This document shows, piece after piece, positions 51,851 through 63,738 of a stretch of DNA of 64,000 bases. Source of the DNA: Camelus dromedarius (lineage: Eukaryota); contig NC_087436.1 of assembly GCF_036321535.1 (NCBI RefSeq), positions 60,328,001-60,392,000 on the forward strand, in the 5' to 3' direction. A program made the position numbers and the translations under genes. Below the pieces are notes generated by a model. That model ran no database searches. It was not told where the DNA came from and saw only the letters and a list, made by a program, of their open reading frames with translations. The stretch's first letter is position 1; every line of letters begins with the position of its first letter.

Positions 51851-52233
51851 TTTTAATAAAACCTTTCAGTTAATTGTTCCACTCTGCTTTTTCTTTAGTG
51901 TCTTTTCTAGTGTGCTAGAGCAGGAGGAAATATATTTAATCCACCATTTAAAAATTCTTACTTTAGATAAATCAAGAAATTTTAGTGAAGCATCTTACCA
52001 CTGCTAAACCAAACAATTTTTAGCAATATAAAATGATTTTCTTAATTTTCATGCAGTTTTGATGTATTAGAATAGATTGTGAAGTTCAATAGTTTATTCT
52101 ACATGTTCAATGTGATCTGTTATTTTGACAGTTATGGTTAATATAATGCTTAAAAAAGGAATGAATACTATGGTAAAACGGATTTTAAAAGGCCAATAAC
52201 CAGACTAAAAATGTATTAAAAAATTTATTTACG

Positions 52234-52278
52234 CCCTTGAAGCTAATATAATGTTATATGTCAATTATATATCAATTT
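52234..52278 (+). mobile_element. Ultra-short L1 3' tip
   Basis: ccttgaagctaatataatgttatatgtcaattatatatcaattt L1 terminus; degenerate TSD aaaaatttatttacg / aaaaatttacttatg. Confidence 0.7.
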
Positions 52279-52809
52279 AAAAATTTACTTATGTGAGAAA
52301 TTCTTTTTCATTTGGCAATAATTTTTTTCGTATCCTTTTGTAGTACCACTGCGAGGTTTGTGTCACTATGACATAAAGAAAGGTGAATTAATACAGCGTT
52401 TGAAGTTCTACGAATAATTTCCTGTTGCATTTTCTTCTTCACACACACTCATTTCCTATGTCTTTCCCCAAACACTGATGTATTACCTCAGGCTAAGAAT
52501 ACATTTTATTTCAGAGGTATGCAATCCAGTGTGCAAGGCTTTCTTTGTACCTATTTATTTCTCTTTCAGTTTTTCACTCTGTCTCATGATGACTGTGCAA
52601 GTTAATTCTGGCAACATGGTATCTTTTGTGCTATCCATTTTCACATGCTTTATTACTCTACTAATCCTTTTCATTTCGTTGCTTTTCATTTTCTTTGTTA
52701 AAACTTGAATCCAACAATAAGCAGTAGTTGAGAGCTTGCTGTTTGTCTCCTCCCCTTTTCTGTGCTTTCCCTTTACCCTTTGCAATCTTCTTTCTAGCAT
52801 CACAGTCCT

Positions 52810-53030
52810 AGCCAACCATTTACTGAGCATTTGCTACAAGCTAATCATTATGTTTAATGTTTTACATGCACCATCATATTTAATCTCTATAAAAATCCTA
52901 GTAAGCAGGAATTATTTTTATATCTATTTACAGATAAAGAAAATGAGGAACAAGAGTCCAACGGCTCATGACTGGAGTTTGAACTCAGTAATACAGGCCC
53001 ATAACATCAACCCCCTCAACAGACTGCCTC
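52810..53030 (-). mobile_element. MIR SINE
   Basis: ccatttactgagcatttgcta...catatttaatctc...tttacagataaagaaaatgagg. Confidence 0.75.
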
Positions 53031-55216
53031 TTAGGTAAAGTAGATGAGACCTCTGGGTTTGACCAACTGAAAACTGATTTCAGGTCTTGTTAACAAAGGA
53101 AATCCTAATCATCTTGGCACTTAAATCTGTGATTAACTCTGGTCAGAAAATTTGATTTAAGGCAAATAAATAATAAAATGAGAACTTTTCGTTAGCAACA
53201 TGCAAATAGTAAAGCCGTAGTTTACCAATGATTTTTATAGCCTTGAATATGGAGTTGACCCAGTTCCATAGATTTGTTACACAGAACAGACATACAGGGA
53301 ACTCCAGTTATATGAGGGAGATTGTTTTCATAAACATTAAATATTATACTTACTATTTCACATATCTGCATGTGTAAATTATGCAAATCTTTATGGCATT
53401 TTTCTGTTTGAAGTAATTTTAGGTGCTTTCTGAGGCAATGTGATACATTTGTGCACATCTCAAACATGTCCTTTGAAACACTTTACTCAGATGTTTATTT
53501 TTCAAGTGAAGCACACAGTAAACAAATACTAAATAAATACCTACTATATGTTGGCCATTGGGCTAGTCCATTACAAACAAGAAAAAAAAAACTCTGTGAA
53601 AATAATTCTCTCTGTGAAAAGTAACTCTCTGTGTAATAGCTTTGATAAATATGACAAATAAGTGAGTACTGAAGATTTCTGTTTCTGTTTTTTTTTTCCC
53701 CCTATACTAGCTATGTCTGAATGTAGACACTGAATACCACTGTTGCCTTGTAATGAAAAGCAACACATATAGGGTTTCAGAAATCTTTTCTTTTTTAAAA
53801 TTTCAGGCGTTTGCAAAATAAGTCTGATTATTTAGAGAGGTCTATAAATTATCTTTTATTCAAAATATCTGTAATTTTAATCACGTTATTTTAGTTGCAG
53901 TAGGTTGTAAATTTGCAATAAAATAATAAGAAGGGAGGCTGAAACAGATGTTCTGTCAACACATGTGATTTCATCTGAGACAATCAGCATTCATCATGCT
54001 TAATCTTCATCAATTGAAATGTACTGATTTTCAATAACGTAAGCTCTGTATGTTCAGAAGGCTCCTGATGTTTAGGAAGAAATTTTTTGACTGGGACTTT
54101 TTTTGTATAGCAGCTAATTTACTGCAAGGATTACTTCATCCCCTATTACAAATCATTTTATTTAGTTGTGTATTATTTTCATATTACTTGATTATAAAGG
54201 TGTCTAGATACAGCTTTTTTTTTTTTTTGGTCATCTCATATATTTTTTTGCACAAGACAAATATTTCGCCTAAATAAGTAAAATCTATGCTTAAACTGGA
54301 TGCAATTTGTAAATAATGAGGTTAAATTATTTCTTTGAAATATACTACCCAAATGTCTGTTCAATTAATTTAGACAGTTATACAATCCTGCTGAACAGCA
54401 CATTAGTAGTAATACTTTCAAAAAGTAAATATGACTTAGGCCTGCCTCACAGTTCTGTATCGAATGAAAATAAATTTCATTGAAAATACAGTATTTCCTA
54501 GGGAGTATTTTGGATTATTCCTGGAACTTAGAAAACACTGCGCAAAAAAATTGAATAGGAAAAAAGAAACAGCAGGATTTTATAAACTGTGCCTTCTTTA
54601 AATGATGGTTCATGGAAACGTGTGTAAGAAATGGAGAGTGGACGGGAAAAGCAGGACATGGGAGAGAGCAACAGAGATGGCGGCGAAAGCGAAAGAAGCG
54701 GACAGCAGAGGTAAATAGAGAAAACCCAGGCAGTTAGAAAACCAACAGGAGAAGAGGAAGAAGGAGGAGGATGAGGCGGCGGGTGAGGGCAAGGGGAAAG
54801 GGAAAGAGAAGAAGGGAGCTGCAAAAGGAGAAGCAGAATCATGAAAGTTCAAGACCAAAGCATTTCTGTCACTCACAAGGCCACACATCCTCAGGCTGAC
54901 GCTCAGAGGCTCCCGCACAGCGCCAAGCTGTCGGGTAATGAGAAGGTGACATCCTGCATTGAGGCTTTCTTTGTAGAAAAGGATGTGTGCTGGAGAAATG
55001 AATGCAGGTTCCTGCCAACGAGACCTGGGGAGAGACAATTAGGTCTTGGCTGGTGCTCAGGTACTGCAAACGCCATTTGTCTGCCCCTGGACCCATCTTG
55101 GTTGCTGGGTAAATGACAGCTGTATGAGAGGCTCCTGAGGAAATGCGGGGAGTTGCCTAGAAACACAGGGAGGGTGAATCCCGAGGTCAAAGTAAGATTT
55201 AAACAGGGCAAAAAAG

Positions 55217-55622
55217 CATGGATGGACCGAGGGATTATCATAGTAAGTGAAGTAAGTCAGACAGAGAAAGACAAATACCATAAGATGTTGTTTATATGTG
55301 GAATCTAAAAAAAAAAAAAAATACAAATTTTATTTACAAACCAGAAATAGACTCAGACATAGAAAATACAGTGGTTTGGCGAGATGGGGGGGTATAAATT
55401 AGGAGTTTGGGATTAACAGGTACACATTACTGTATACAAAACAGATAAACAACAAAGACCTATTGTATAGCACAGGGAACTATATTCAATTACTTGTAAT
55501 GAGCTGTAATGGAAAAGAATATGGAAAAAAAAGTATGTGTACGTATAACTGAATCTTTGCTGTACACCTGAAACTAACATTGTAAATTGACTACACTTCA
55601 ATAAAAATAAGAATTAAAAAGA
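55217..55622 (+). mobile_element. 5'-truncated L1 3' end
   Basis: catggatggacc...gtgaagtaagtcagacagagaaagacaaatacc...gtatagcacagggaactatattcaa...cttcaataaaa; degenerate TSD aaacagggcaaaaaag (55201-55216) / aaagtgggcataaaag (55623-55638). Confidence 0.92.
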
Positions 55623-56597
55623 AAAGTGGGCATAAAAGGAGCAGAATCGCCCTTATTTCTTTGCCTTTTCCAACAAAGGGTTGGAAAATAAAATAACATA
55701 TCTTCCTGAATATCTTTCCATTTATGCTGAAAAAAATGTAACTTTAATCCTGGATGATGTTATAAAATATTTTAGGAAAGGAAAATCAGAATCATGTGCC
55801 TCTGATTTCAGTTCTGAAATTTTATGAAGAACTTCTGCTCCCAAACTCCACCCCCAGTTATTTATTTACATATTTGTTTATCAGATTCTGTCCTTTTCTA
55901 AAAGAGATGCAGGCCATAATCAATGAAGTTTTAATTTAGGTGGAAACTTCATTTTCTTTTATCCTTTAAGAGCTGTTTGGGAAGTAGAGAAGTGCATATT
56001 ATTACAAAATATTTTCTCATGCTTTTATAACTCAGAAAACATATAAAAAGTTTAAATACGTTTGCTAACTTCCTACATTTATTCAGCACTGGTACCAGTG
56101 TAGAAACTTGGCAATTTCATTACTGGAGCGGAAGCTTCATTTATTGAAATGTGCCCACTTTACCCATTTATGCCTTTTGTTTTAATGTGCAGACCTGCCT
56201 CAGAGGACTGCAAAGAGTATGCTGAATAAACACACTGAAAATGATGTTATACCAGGAAATAATTTTCGAGTTCCACTAAAAGAAAATTTGAGGGAGTATT
56301 AAGGTTTTATCTTAGTAGAAGTGTTGCCAGGTTTCAAGAAACAAGAGGGAAAATATGAGAACACAATCGTAAAGAATTTTTGAAATTAAGGTGTAATCCT
56401 TGTCCCTTTTCCTCCTAATCTGTGAAGCTAGTGTTACATTACTAGTAGAATAGTATGCCACTAAACCCAAAAGAGAATGTCAAATTTTTTTTTGTAGACA
56501 AAGGTTTTCAAATGGCAGCTGGAGTGCGTAGAGACAGTAATGACTGATTTCCCTGTCATAGACTTTCTCTGCTAGTTTTTTACTTTGAAAAGGTGTG

Positions 56598-56725
56598 TAA
56601 AACATTGACCAGCTTAAACTGTTTTGCCTCCTTAAATAGATTATTCATTAATCAAACTAAAACAGCAGCTAAAACATTGACCAACTTAAGCCAGTTTTGC
56701 CTCCTTAAATAGTTGATTAATCAAA
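56598..56725. repeat. ~57-bp direct duplication with 13-bp spacer
   Basis: taaaacattgaccagcttaaactgttttgcctccttaaatagattattcattaatcaaa vs taaaacattgaccaacttaagccagttttgcctccttaaatagttgattaatcaaa. Confidence 0.9.
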
Positions 56726-56830
56726 TCTTGAGTTATTTTACATACAGCACTGAGCATGTGCAAGATAGAAACTCAGAATCATCCTGGAATCAAGGATCTT
56801 CAGTCTACAGAACTCAAACTGTGGAAGTGT

Positions 56831-57124
56831 TGTCACCAGAGCTTTTTAGGAAGCGAAAATTCCTTCAATAAGGAAAATCTGGCTTCCAGCAGCTTGAACA
56901 GCTGATATGCACTGATTTGAGACTAGCCAATCAGCTTCCAAGTCTGAAATTCCTCTAACCCCTTAAATTTCAGCCTGAAAGCTTGGTTGGTCAGGAAGAT
57001 AGATTTGAGTAGTGCCTCCTTTCTCTTTGCTGGTGGACCCTGAAATAAAGCTCTTTTTCTTAAAAGCTGCTGCCAAAGGACTGGCTTCTGCGTGCTTGGG
57101 GCAGCAAGCCCTTGCTGGGTAACA
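56831..57124 (+). mobile_element. Short solo LTR (ERV1-like)
   Basis: TG...CA ends with imperfect inverted termini (tgtcaccagagc / gctgggtaaca), CCAAT box (agccaatcag), AATAAA near 57044, 4-bp near-TSD gtgt/atgt. Confidence 0.7.
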
Positions 57125-60100
57125 ATGTCATCTAGGCTTAGAGGTAAGTTGATGAAATGGTACGAGTATCTTGTATGTCAGATGGTTTTCATCCTCCATG
57201 CTCTTTCACCCTGGTCCTGACCATACTCTGTCGGCGCTCACCAATTTGGCTCCAATTTTTTCTTCTGTTCCCTCTAACCTCCCACCTTCATGGTTGGTAT
57301 CCTCCTCTTATTCGCCTTTCTTTTCCTCTTCCTTATTTCTGTTTTGATCTTTCTTCTTCCTCTTGTCTCCATATATTTTTTGTCACATAGCCACCAGCAG
57401 CAAGAGGGAAAGGAAATATTCAGGAGCTTTCTCTGTGCAGATTGTGTGGCTTTTGATTTTACAGTCGCAGTGGAAAATGGTGTTACAACTTGTAAACTGT
57501 AGTGATATAAGGCAGATTAGTAACTGGTGTGATGTGTGCTTCAGAAAGAGACTGGCAGCTCAACTTCTGCATAATTGCTTACCAGTGGAAGTGGTGGTTC
57601 TCCCTGAGGTGGTAGCGTTTGCCCTCTTGCAGATAGTTTCCTCACAAGGTCACTTGCTAAGATCCTTTTTCCATTGGTGTGAAGAAAATATATCTTGTTG
57701 GCAAAATTGTGTCAGTGTATTAAGGACATAGCTAGGGCATGTAAGTAGCTGTTTGTTACAGCCCAGAATGACTGTAACTATTTTAAGAAAATTCGATGCT
57801 TTCATAGGCCTAAAACCTCTGTCTAACAAAGATAACAACATTAGCCAAATATAGATATCACACTTTAATTCTCTACATTAAAAAGAAAAGAAAAATCAAA
57901 CTTAGTTTTGGGATTGGTGATCACAACTTTGAATAGTCAAATTATTTTCTTCCATTAGCGTAAAAAGAATTTTCCTAGAAAATTTTCTGAATTAGCAAAA
58001 TTTAATTAATAAATGTAAGACATTTAATTCTGTCCCATTCCCAGCATGTTCTGTGCATTTACTGATCTCAGTAATCTTCCACTAGCTGCAGCGCCAAGAA
58101 CTTTATTGATGGGTAAATGGTACCTGACCTCATGGAATTCTGAGATGCCCTACAGGCATCTTAGTCTTCCCATTCTTCAGAATACACTACAGAATCAGTT
58201 TTCAGATACCAATATTGCTCCAGGAATATTTACAATGTATTTTTCAATGTAAAAAGACAGGTTCCTTTGTGATACTCAAGAGTGCCTTTAGGGTATATAG
58301 GTGGTGGTTGTTGATGATGTGGTTGCTTTCTCTAACACGTTCTACTTGAGTATACCACATTGGATGACAGAAGCCAGAATTACTCAGAAATGCAGGAACG
58401 ATCTTTGTTTATTGCTTCCATTCATTGCACGGGGTAGAGCTCACAGTGTGCTGTTAGCATGGATATCGGTGACTGGCTAAAACCCATACATGACCTGTCA
58501 GTTTGCCGACCACTTTAAAGGAAATAGAATTACTGTTTATGAAATAGAATCATGATTCAAAAACATAATGGCAAGCTTCAGAAAGGGCAATGAAAGTCAC
58601 ATTAAAAAGGCAAGAAATCTCTGGAGAGTCTTTTAAATTTCATGTACAGAATAATTTCCACACTATTTAGCTACCTCCTCAGCAGGATTAAAGAGATCTA
58701 AACATGTTTGTTTCGTCCATCTGCAATGGTGGGAGAGGGAATCAGATGCAGTAGGGGATTGAAAGAGGGTTTGAAGCAGTGGGAGGCATCTCTGTAGAAT
58801 ATTCTTGGTTAAGCACAAGATTATTCTGTGATAAATCATGAAAATTAGCACATGTGAGTATATCTAAGAAATTAGGTTAAGAAAAACAGTATTCTTAACA
58901 TATTTTGGATGTATAAGTAGCAACTAATCATCTTTGTCAAAGTTTAACATTTTTCCTGTCATGTATTATTTGTCTAGACACCTCAAATGATTTTTGGAAA
59001 TGGCTACCTAATGCAATTAAGTGTATTTCTTTTACATATGTTTTCTGGCATATTAAGCACAATTCAGTGTGTTGGTGGTGATGATGGTGAAGGCAGGGAT
59101 CAATGAAGGAAAGTAAGTTGCCAAAAAAATTTTAGAAACTATAATTATCTGTTTCCTGGTCAGAAGAATCTCGTGAGTCAGTTTCTTCACTAGTTGCTAA
59201 CGTCAGCAAAGTAGACTAGAAATTTATAAGAACACCCACCCCTTGGGTTGTGTCATATAGTATTTTCATTCATAACTTGAGTGCACTTTATATAGTATTT
59301 GTTCGAATGCAAAAGATAGGAAATTCAAGTAAGTATTTGAATCCAATTTTTTGGATGGAGATTTAAATACACTGAAAAACACACTGACTCCTAGGTTGTG
59401 GTCAGGGAGCATTTTCATTGTAATCTTCTATGGGCTCGATATAAGTATGTATTTGAATCTAACAGGAGATCATGTTGCAACCAGGATCTGCCATAGAGTG
59501 ATATTTTTTAAAATATGGGAACATTTTAATATATTCTAAATATTACTCCATCCAATCCTTGGTATCTGGGAAATGTTTTGAATAAAGCCTGGGCTTTTTG
59601 ACATTTCGTGAAGCTACCCATAAATAAAAGTAATAAAATTTGGACTTTTTCCAGAGTTTGAGATTGTTTAATTAGGATGTCAGCCCAGAGAAATGAACTC
59701 TACTTGTTGGTGTTTTCCCCAAACACAAACACAGTACAGCTCATTGGAGATTCTCACTGAGCTGTGGTGAAATCTCCCGAGGGAGGGTGCCTCCTGACAC
59801 CCCTCTGCTCTTGGATGAAACCTTGGGTTTGAAACCACTGGGGCAGCAAGAATCTCTGCCTTCAACAGGGCAGATCCATGGGACTAAATGTACAATCTAG
59901 GAAAGGCAGGCTACCATTCCTGCCTTAATGTTTCCCATACGTGCCTTGCAGGGACAGAGGACAGGCAAACAGCTTTGAATAATGAAGAAAATTGTATTAC
60001 AGTAAAAATTGCCTTTGATGAAGACAAAATTTATTAATCAACTAGTTGGTAAGGGGAAAAAGCTGACAGCAATTTTTTTTTTAAGGTACCAAGTTGTGAG

Positions 60101-60632
60101 CTCACTTTCTTTAGACTTGGATAAAAAGCACATGATAAAAATCTTAGGTTTTTTAATGTATAATACACAATTTATATATATGAGATAGAAAATATATCTA
60201 TATTAGGTATATATTAGATAAAGGAAAACCTTAAATTGTATATAAAATATAAATGTATATACTTACATAATAATATATTTGTGTATGTTATAACCGAACT
60301 TCTATAAATTAGAAATTCATTCAAGTTTATGTTTTGAAACAGATGAACATCAAAAAATCCCCTTTAAGAGGATTAAGTAAACTAATCAACCAAAAATCAA
60401 TGTCTTATTTTAATCATTTCTTAATGCTCAAATGATATTAGCCCATTCTTCCATTCTTCTCATTCTACCAAATGAGAAGTTTGGTAAAGGAGAGTAGAAA
60501 GAGTCCTTTAGGCACACTTGGCTTGGAATATGAAGTTCCTTAATTCCTGGAGTGACCCAAAAGCGAGTAACGGGAGTTTGGTCAGGGCTGCAGAATAAAG
60601 AGGGCTTGGTTATTAAAGATACATTTCTCATT

Positions 60633-60680
60633 CTTTTTTTTTTTTTTTGAAGTATAGGTGATTTACAATGTTGTGTTAGT
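60633..60680 (-). mobile_element. Ultra-short L1 3' tip with poly(A)
   Basis: T15 then gaagtataggtgatttacaatgttgtgttagt (reverse L1 terminus); TSD atacatttctcatt (60619-60632) / atacacttctcatt (60681-60694). Confidence 0.85.
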
Positions 60681-61046
60681 ATACACTTCTCATTTTTACA
60701 GAGCTGCTCACGATTTTGGTGGTAGTAAATCCCAGCTTGACTCTGAATAATGTATTTCAAATGCAATATCTGTCTGTACTGATTTGCTTGATATTTATTT
60801 TTGTATTATTTTAATATATGATTTATCTTGCCTGTCACAAAGTAGGTGTTTGTTAAATAGTTGATGATTGAATGGGTATGAAATTGCTATCAGTAATTAG
60901 GGTCTTAGTATGCTTTGGGAGTTTGCTGGGCAGGAAGGTCTGGTGAGAGAGAAGAGCGTTGGAATTCAATCTACAAAAAAAAATCCACTAAAGTCTGCTG
61001 TTTCCATACGAAAAATTAAGAAAATCCCAATGTTCTATTTTTTTAA

Positions 61047-61185
61047 TTAAAACCTTTTTTGGGTTTTTTTGGAGGGGTGAGTAATTAGTATTTATTTATT
61101 TGTAACAGAGGAACTGGGGATTGAACTTACGACTTCATGCATGCTAAGCATTTGCTCTACTGCTGAGCTATACCCACTGCCCCCC
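61047..61185 (-). mobile_element. Camelid tRNA-derived SINE (Vic-1 type)
   Basis: Minus strand: gggtatagctcagcagtagagcaaatgcttagcatgcatgaagtcgtaagttcaatccccagttcctc...aaataaataaatactaattactcacccctccaaaaaaa, with Pol III A and B boxes in a tRNA-Ala-like head. TSD aatgtt(ct/gc)atttttttaa. Confidence 0.88.
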
Positions 61186-61889
61186 AATGTTGCATTTTTT
61201 TAAACATGGGTATATTTGATCATGACAATTAGAAATATATTACTAGATTGTCCTATATTATATTGGATGGCTTTTAAAAAAATAACCAAACAAAATCACA
61301 GCAACTCAAAAGTAGCTACAATGCCTTTTGGCTATGGGTAGCAATTTGTCATTAAATTGTATATTTCTACAAATACATATAAAAATAAAGACTAATATTA
61401 ATAATTAAAATTCCAAACACCAAACCATCATTTAATGCCAAATGTTCAAAATTATCTAATTACAAAATCAAAGATTCAATTATGCATGGCAATGACACAT
61501 ATTGTCAAATGATTTACTTCCTTTTGTTCTGCTACTAATATTAAAGAAAAGGCAGTGCGTTGAAATAACTGGTATCTGTTGAAAAGTATATTTGGAAGAC
61601 AAAAATTCTCTTTAAACTAGGAGTACTTGAAGAAATCAAACAAAACATTTTAGATTGTGATGTAATTTTAGGCAGGGACTAAAGAAATTATCAAAACGTT
61701 CCAAATGTTTTTGAAAGTCACACACTTCCACATAACAGAATGGAAAGTGTCAGTCATTCAGCCTTTGCTTGTCAGCATTGAGCTCACACCTGTTCATGGA
61801 GTCCTGAGCTGGGCTGGGCTGGGAAGGTACAGCTGTTTGGGCTCAACATGAGACATCGTGATGGGCGGTACTCACGTCACTCTTCCCTG

Positions 61890-62140
61890 CAGAACTGTCC
61901 AAGGTTCGTTAGGCTGCCATTTGGACTATCCTACAGCTTGTCATGTGACTCACGCGTGTTGCAGTGTGTTCAATCCCTTTTATTGATTGGCAGTCCTCTG
62001 CTATATGGATATACCAGAGTTTGCTTTACTATTCATCTATTGCAGGACAGGTGGGTGGAACCAAGTTTCGGCTGTTACAAATAAAGTTACTCTGAACATG
62101 TGTGTACAACTTTGTGTATGGACGTATGCTTTCAATTTCA
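61890..62140 (-). mobile_element. Old L1 (L1ME-like) 3' fragment
   Basis: tatggatataccagagtttgctttactattcatctatt...ccaagtttcggctgttacaaataaagttactctgaacat. Confidence 0.7.
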
Positions 62141-62199
62141 GCAAATCTGAAAAAATTTCCAGTTTCTGCTACAGGGAGAAACTAGTTTCACATTCAAGA

Positions 62200-63030
62200 T
62201 AGGCAATATTTAAAAAATTGTGAGTTGTGATGAGTATGTGTTGGGGGTAATGAGTACTCTTTAACATGAGCAAAAGAGGTCTATGGATTGGTACAGGTCT
62301 TTTCAAAGGCAATTTGATAGTAGTCTAGCTAAATAAAAATATAGGCTTATCCCTTGTTCCTGAAATTCTCCACAATTTGCTGAACTACTGGGAAAATGAC
62401 TTACCCACTAGGTGCCTCTGTTCCTCATCAGTGTGAAGAGGCTGATAATACATGATATGTATCTTATACAGTTAATAGGTTATTCATAGCACTACAGTAA
62501 TCAGTAAGTAAATTAATTTGTGGAAAACATTTGCCATACCCCAAACTTTTTCATTAGTATTTTTATGATAACTTACAGGAATCTATTCTTCAGAAATACT
62601 TTGTCAAATGTGTAAGGGATGTATGTTTAAGGATGTTCACTACAATAATATTGTTATAATGAAACATTGGAGACAATCTCAATGACCTTCATAAGGGCTT
62701 ATTACATAAATTACAGTACATCTGTAGGAGGTAACACAGAGAAAGGATGGATGTGAATGCTGGAGAAGAAAGGCTGATTCTAAATCCTGCCTCAGTCCTT
62801 ACTAGTTGTGAAGCTTGGTCCATTCCTTCATCACTGTCTCTGTTTCTTCAGCTATAAAATGATGGTAGTAATACCCACCTTATACAAGGTTTTGAAAGAA
62901 ATCGATGAGACATTGTATATAAGTTGCTTAGAAGAGAATCAGGGCACAGTGAGCATCCCATAAATCGTAATATCAGCCTGGAATACTATGAACCTGTGAT
63001 AAGAATACGGTCAGGTCTGCTTGTGTTGCC
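62200..63030 (+). mobile_element. Old L1ME-like fragment interleaved with MIR pieces (~62380-62550, ~62770-62975)
   Basis: L1ME motifs (ggcaatttgatag; atgtttaaggatgttcactaca...aaattacagtacatc) and MIR core (aaatcctgcctcagtccttactagttgtg...tctctgtttcttcagctataaaatgatggtagtaatacccacct). Confidence 0.65.
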
Positions 63031-63299
63031 ATAGGAGACTCACTGGAGGAAAGTTTTATTTTTTCCCCTGTAGATACTGTAAGGTGGAGGCAGGTAAAAG
63101 ATGCACTTGTATATCATTAGACTTGGGTGTAAATGTTCAAATGTGTCAATTATTACTTTATTCTCTAATTACAGGAAGGGAACAATAGTTAGGCATATTT
63201 CAAGTTTCTATTTCAACTTCTTAATTGTGATTATGAATGAAAATGTTAGTATGTAAGATCGATCAACTCAACAGTAAAGAATAAAAATCAAAGTTTAGA

Positions 63300-63738
63300 A
63301 AAACACTTTCTTTGAGCAATTTAATTTATTTGAATTTGTGAATTTAGGAAACATGTTATATATTTACATACACATGGAATAACAAAAGCATTTTACTGGA
63401 AAACTACTGTGACTGACAATACTGAGTGAGTGTCACTTTATAATATTACTTTACATTGAAATGCCTTACGTGAGAAAACAAAAAAGGAATGCTAACAATC
63501 GCACCTTGTTTTCTATGCCACTAAGTCTCTTTAGGAGCAATAATTCCTTTATATATAGGTTGTCCAAAAGAAATTCAAATAAGTTTATGAAATAAACTTA
63601 ACAGCCTTCCTCAGATTAAAAAAGAAGTTGGTTTTAATTCATGTAGAAAAACCAAAAACAGAGCAGATGTGCATGCAAAGGAAAATAAAAACACAGGCTG
63701 CTTTTCAGTCAAGGTGACAGTCTGTCCTTCATACTAAT
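63300..63738 (-). other. MMRN1: MMRN1 3' UTR (minimum extent, to proximal poly(A) site; may extend to ~63040 or further)
   Basis: AU-rich sequence with no recognisable repeats directly after the stop codon, leading to candidate poly(A) signals. Confidence 0.7.
63320..63330 (-). terminator. Candidate MMRN1 polyadenylation signal (overlapping AATAAA/ATTAAA)
   Basis: Minus strand reads AATAAATTAAA, followed ~15-50 nt later by a U/GU-rich tract (gtgttttttctaaactttgatttttattctttactgttg). Further AATAAA hexamers occur at 63157-63162 and 63055-63060. Confidence 0.55.

Noticed and set aside
54528..55216. Purine-rich, slightly CpG-containing block with overlapping ORFs next to an L1 end (possible retrocopy or L1 chimera)
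   Set aside because: Translations match nothing I recognise and follow from GA-rich low complexity. The adjacent L1 has its own TSD, so it is a separate insertion.
57157..57731. Hydrophobic ORFs resembling a membrane-protein pseudogene
   Set aside because: Hydrophobicity comes from a CT-rich tract; no family motif, poly(A) tail or TSD.
61100..61180. Possible tRNA-Ala gene
   Set aside because: Stems are degenerate and the SINE tail and TSD are present; it is the SINE head, not a tRNA gene.
1..63000. Many 60-140 aa ORFs in the six-frame track
   Set aside because: No recognisable domains, many non-ATG starts, low-complexity composition and overlap with repeats; expected by chance. L1-derived ones (8016, 19333, 19470, 21965, 40948) are broken ORF2 remnants.
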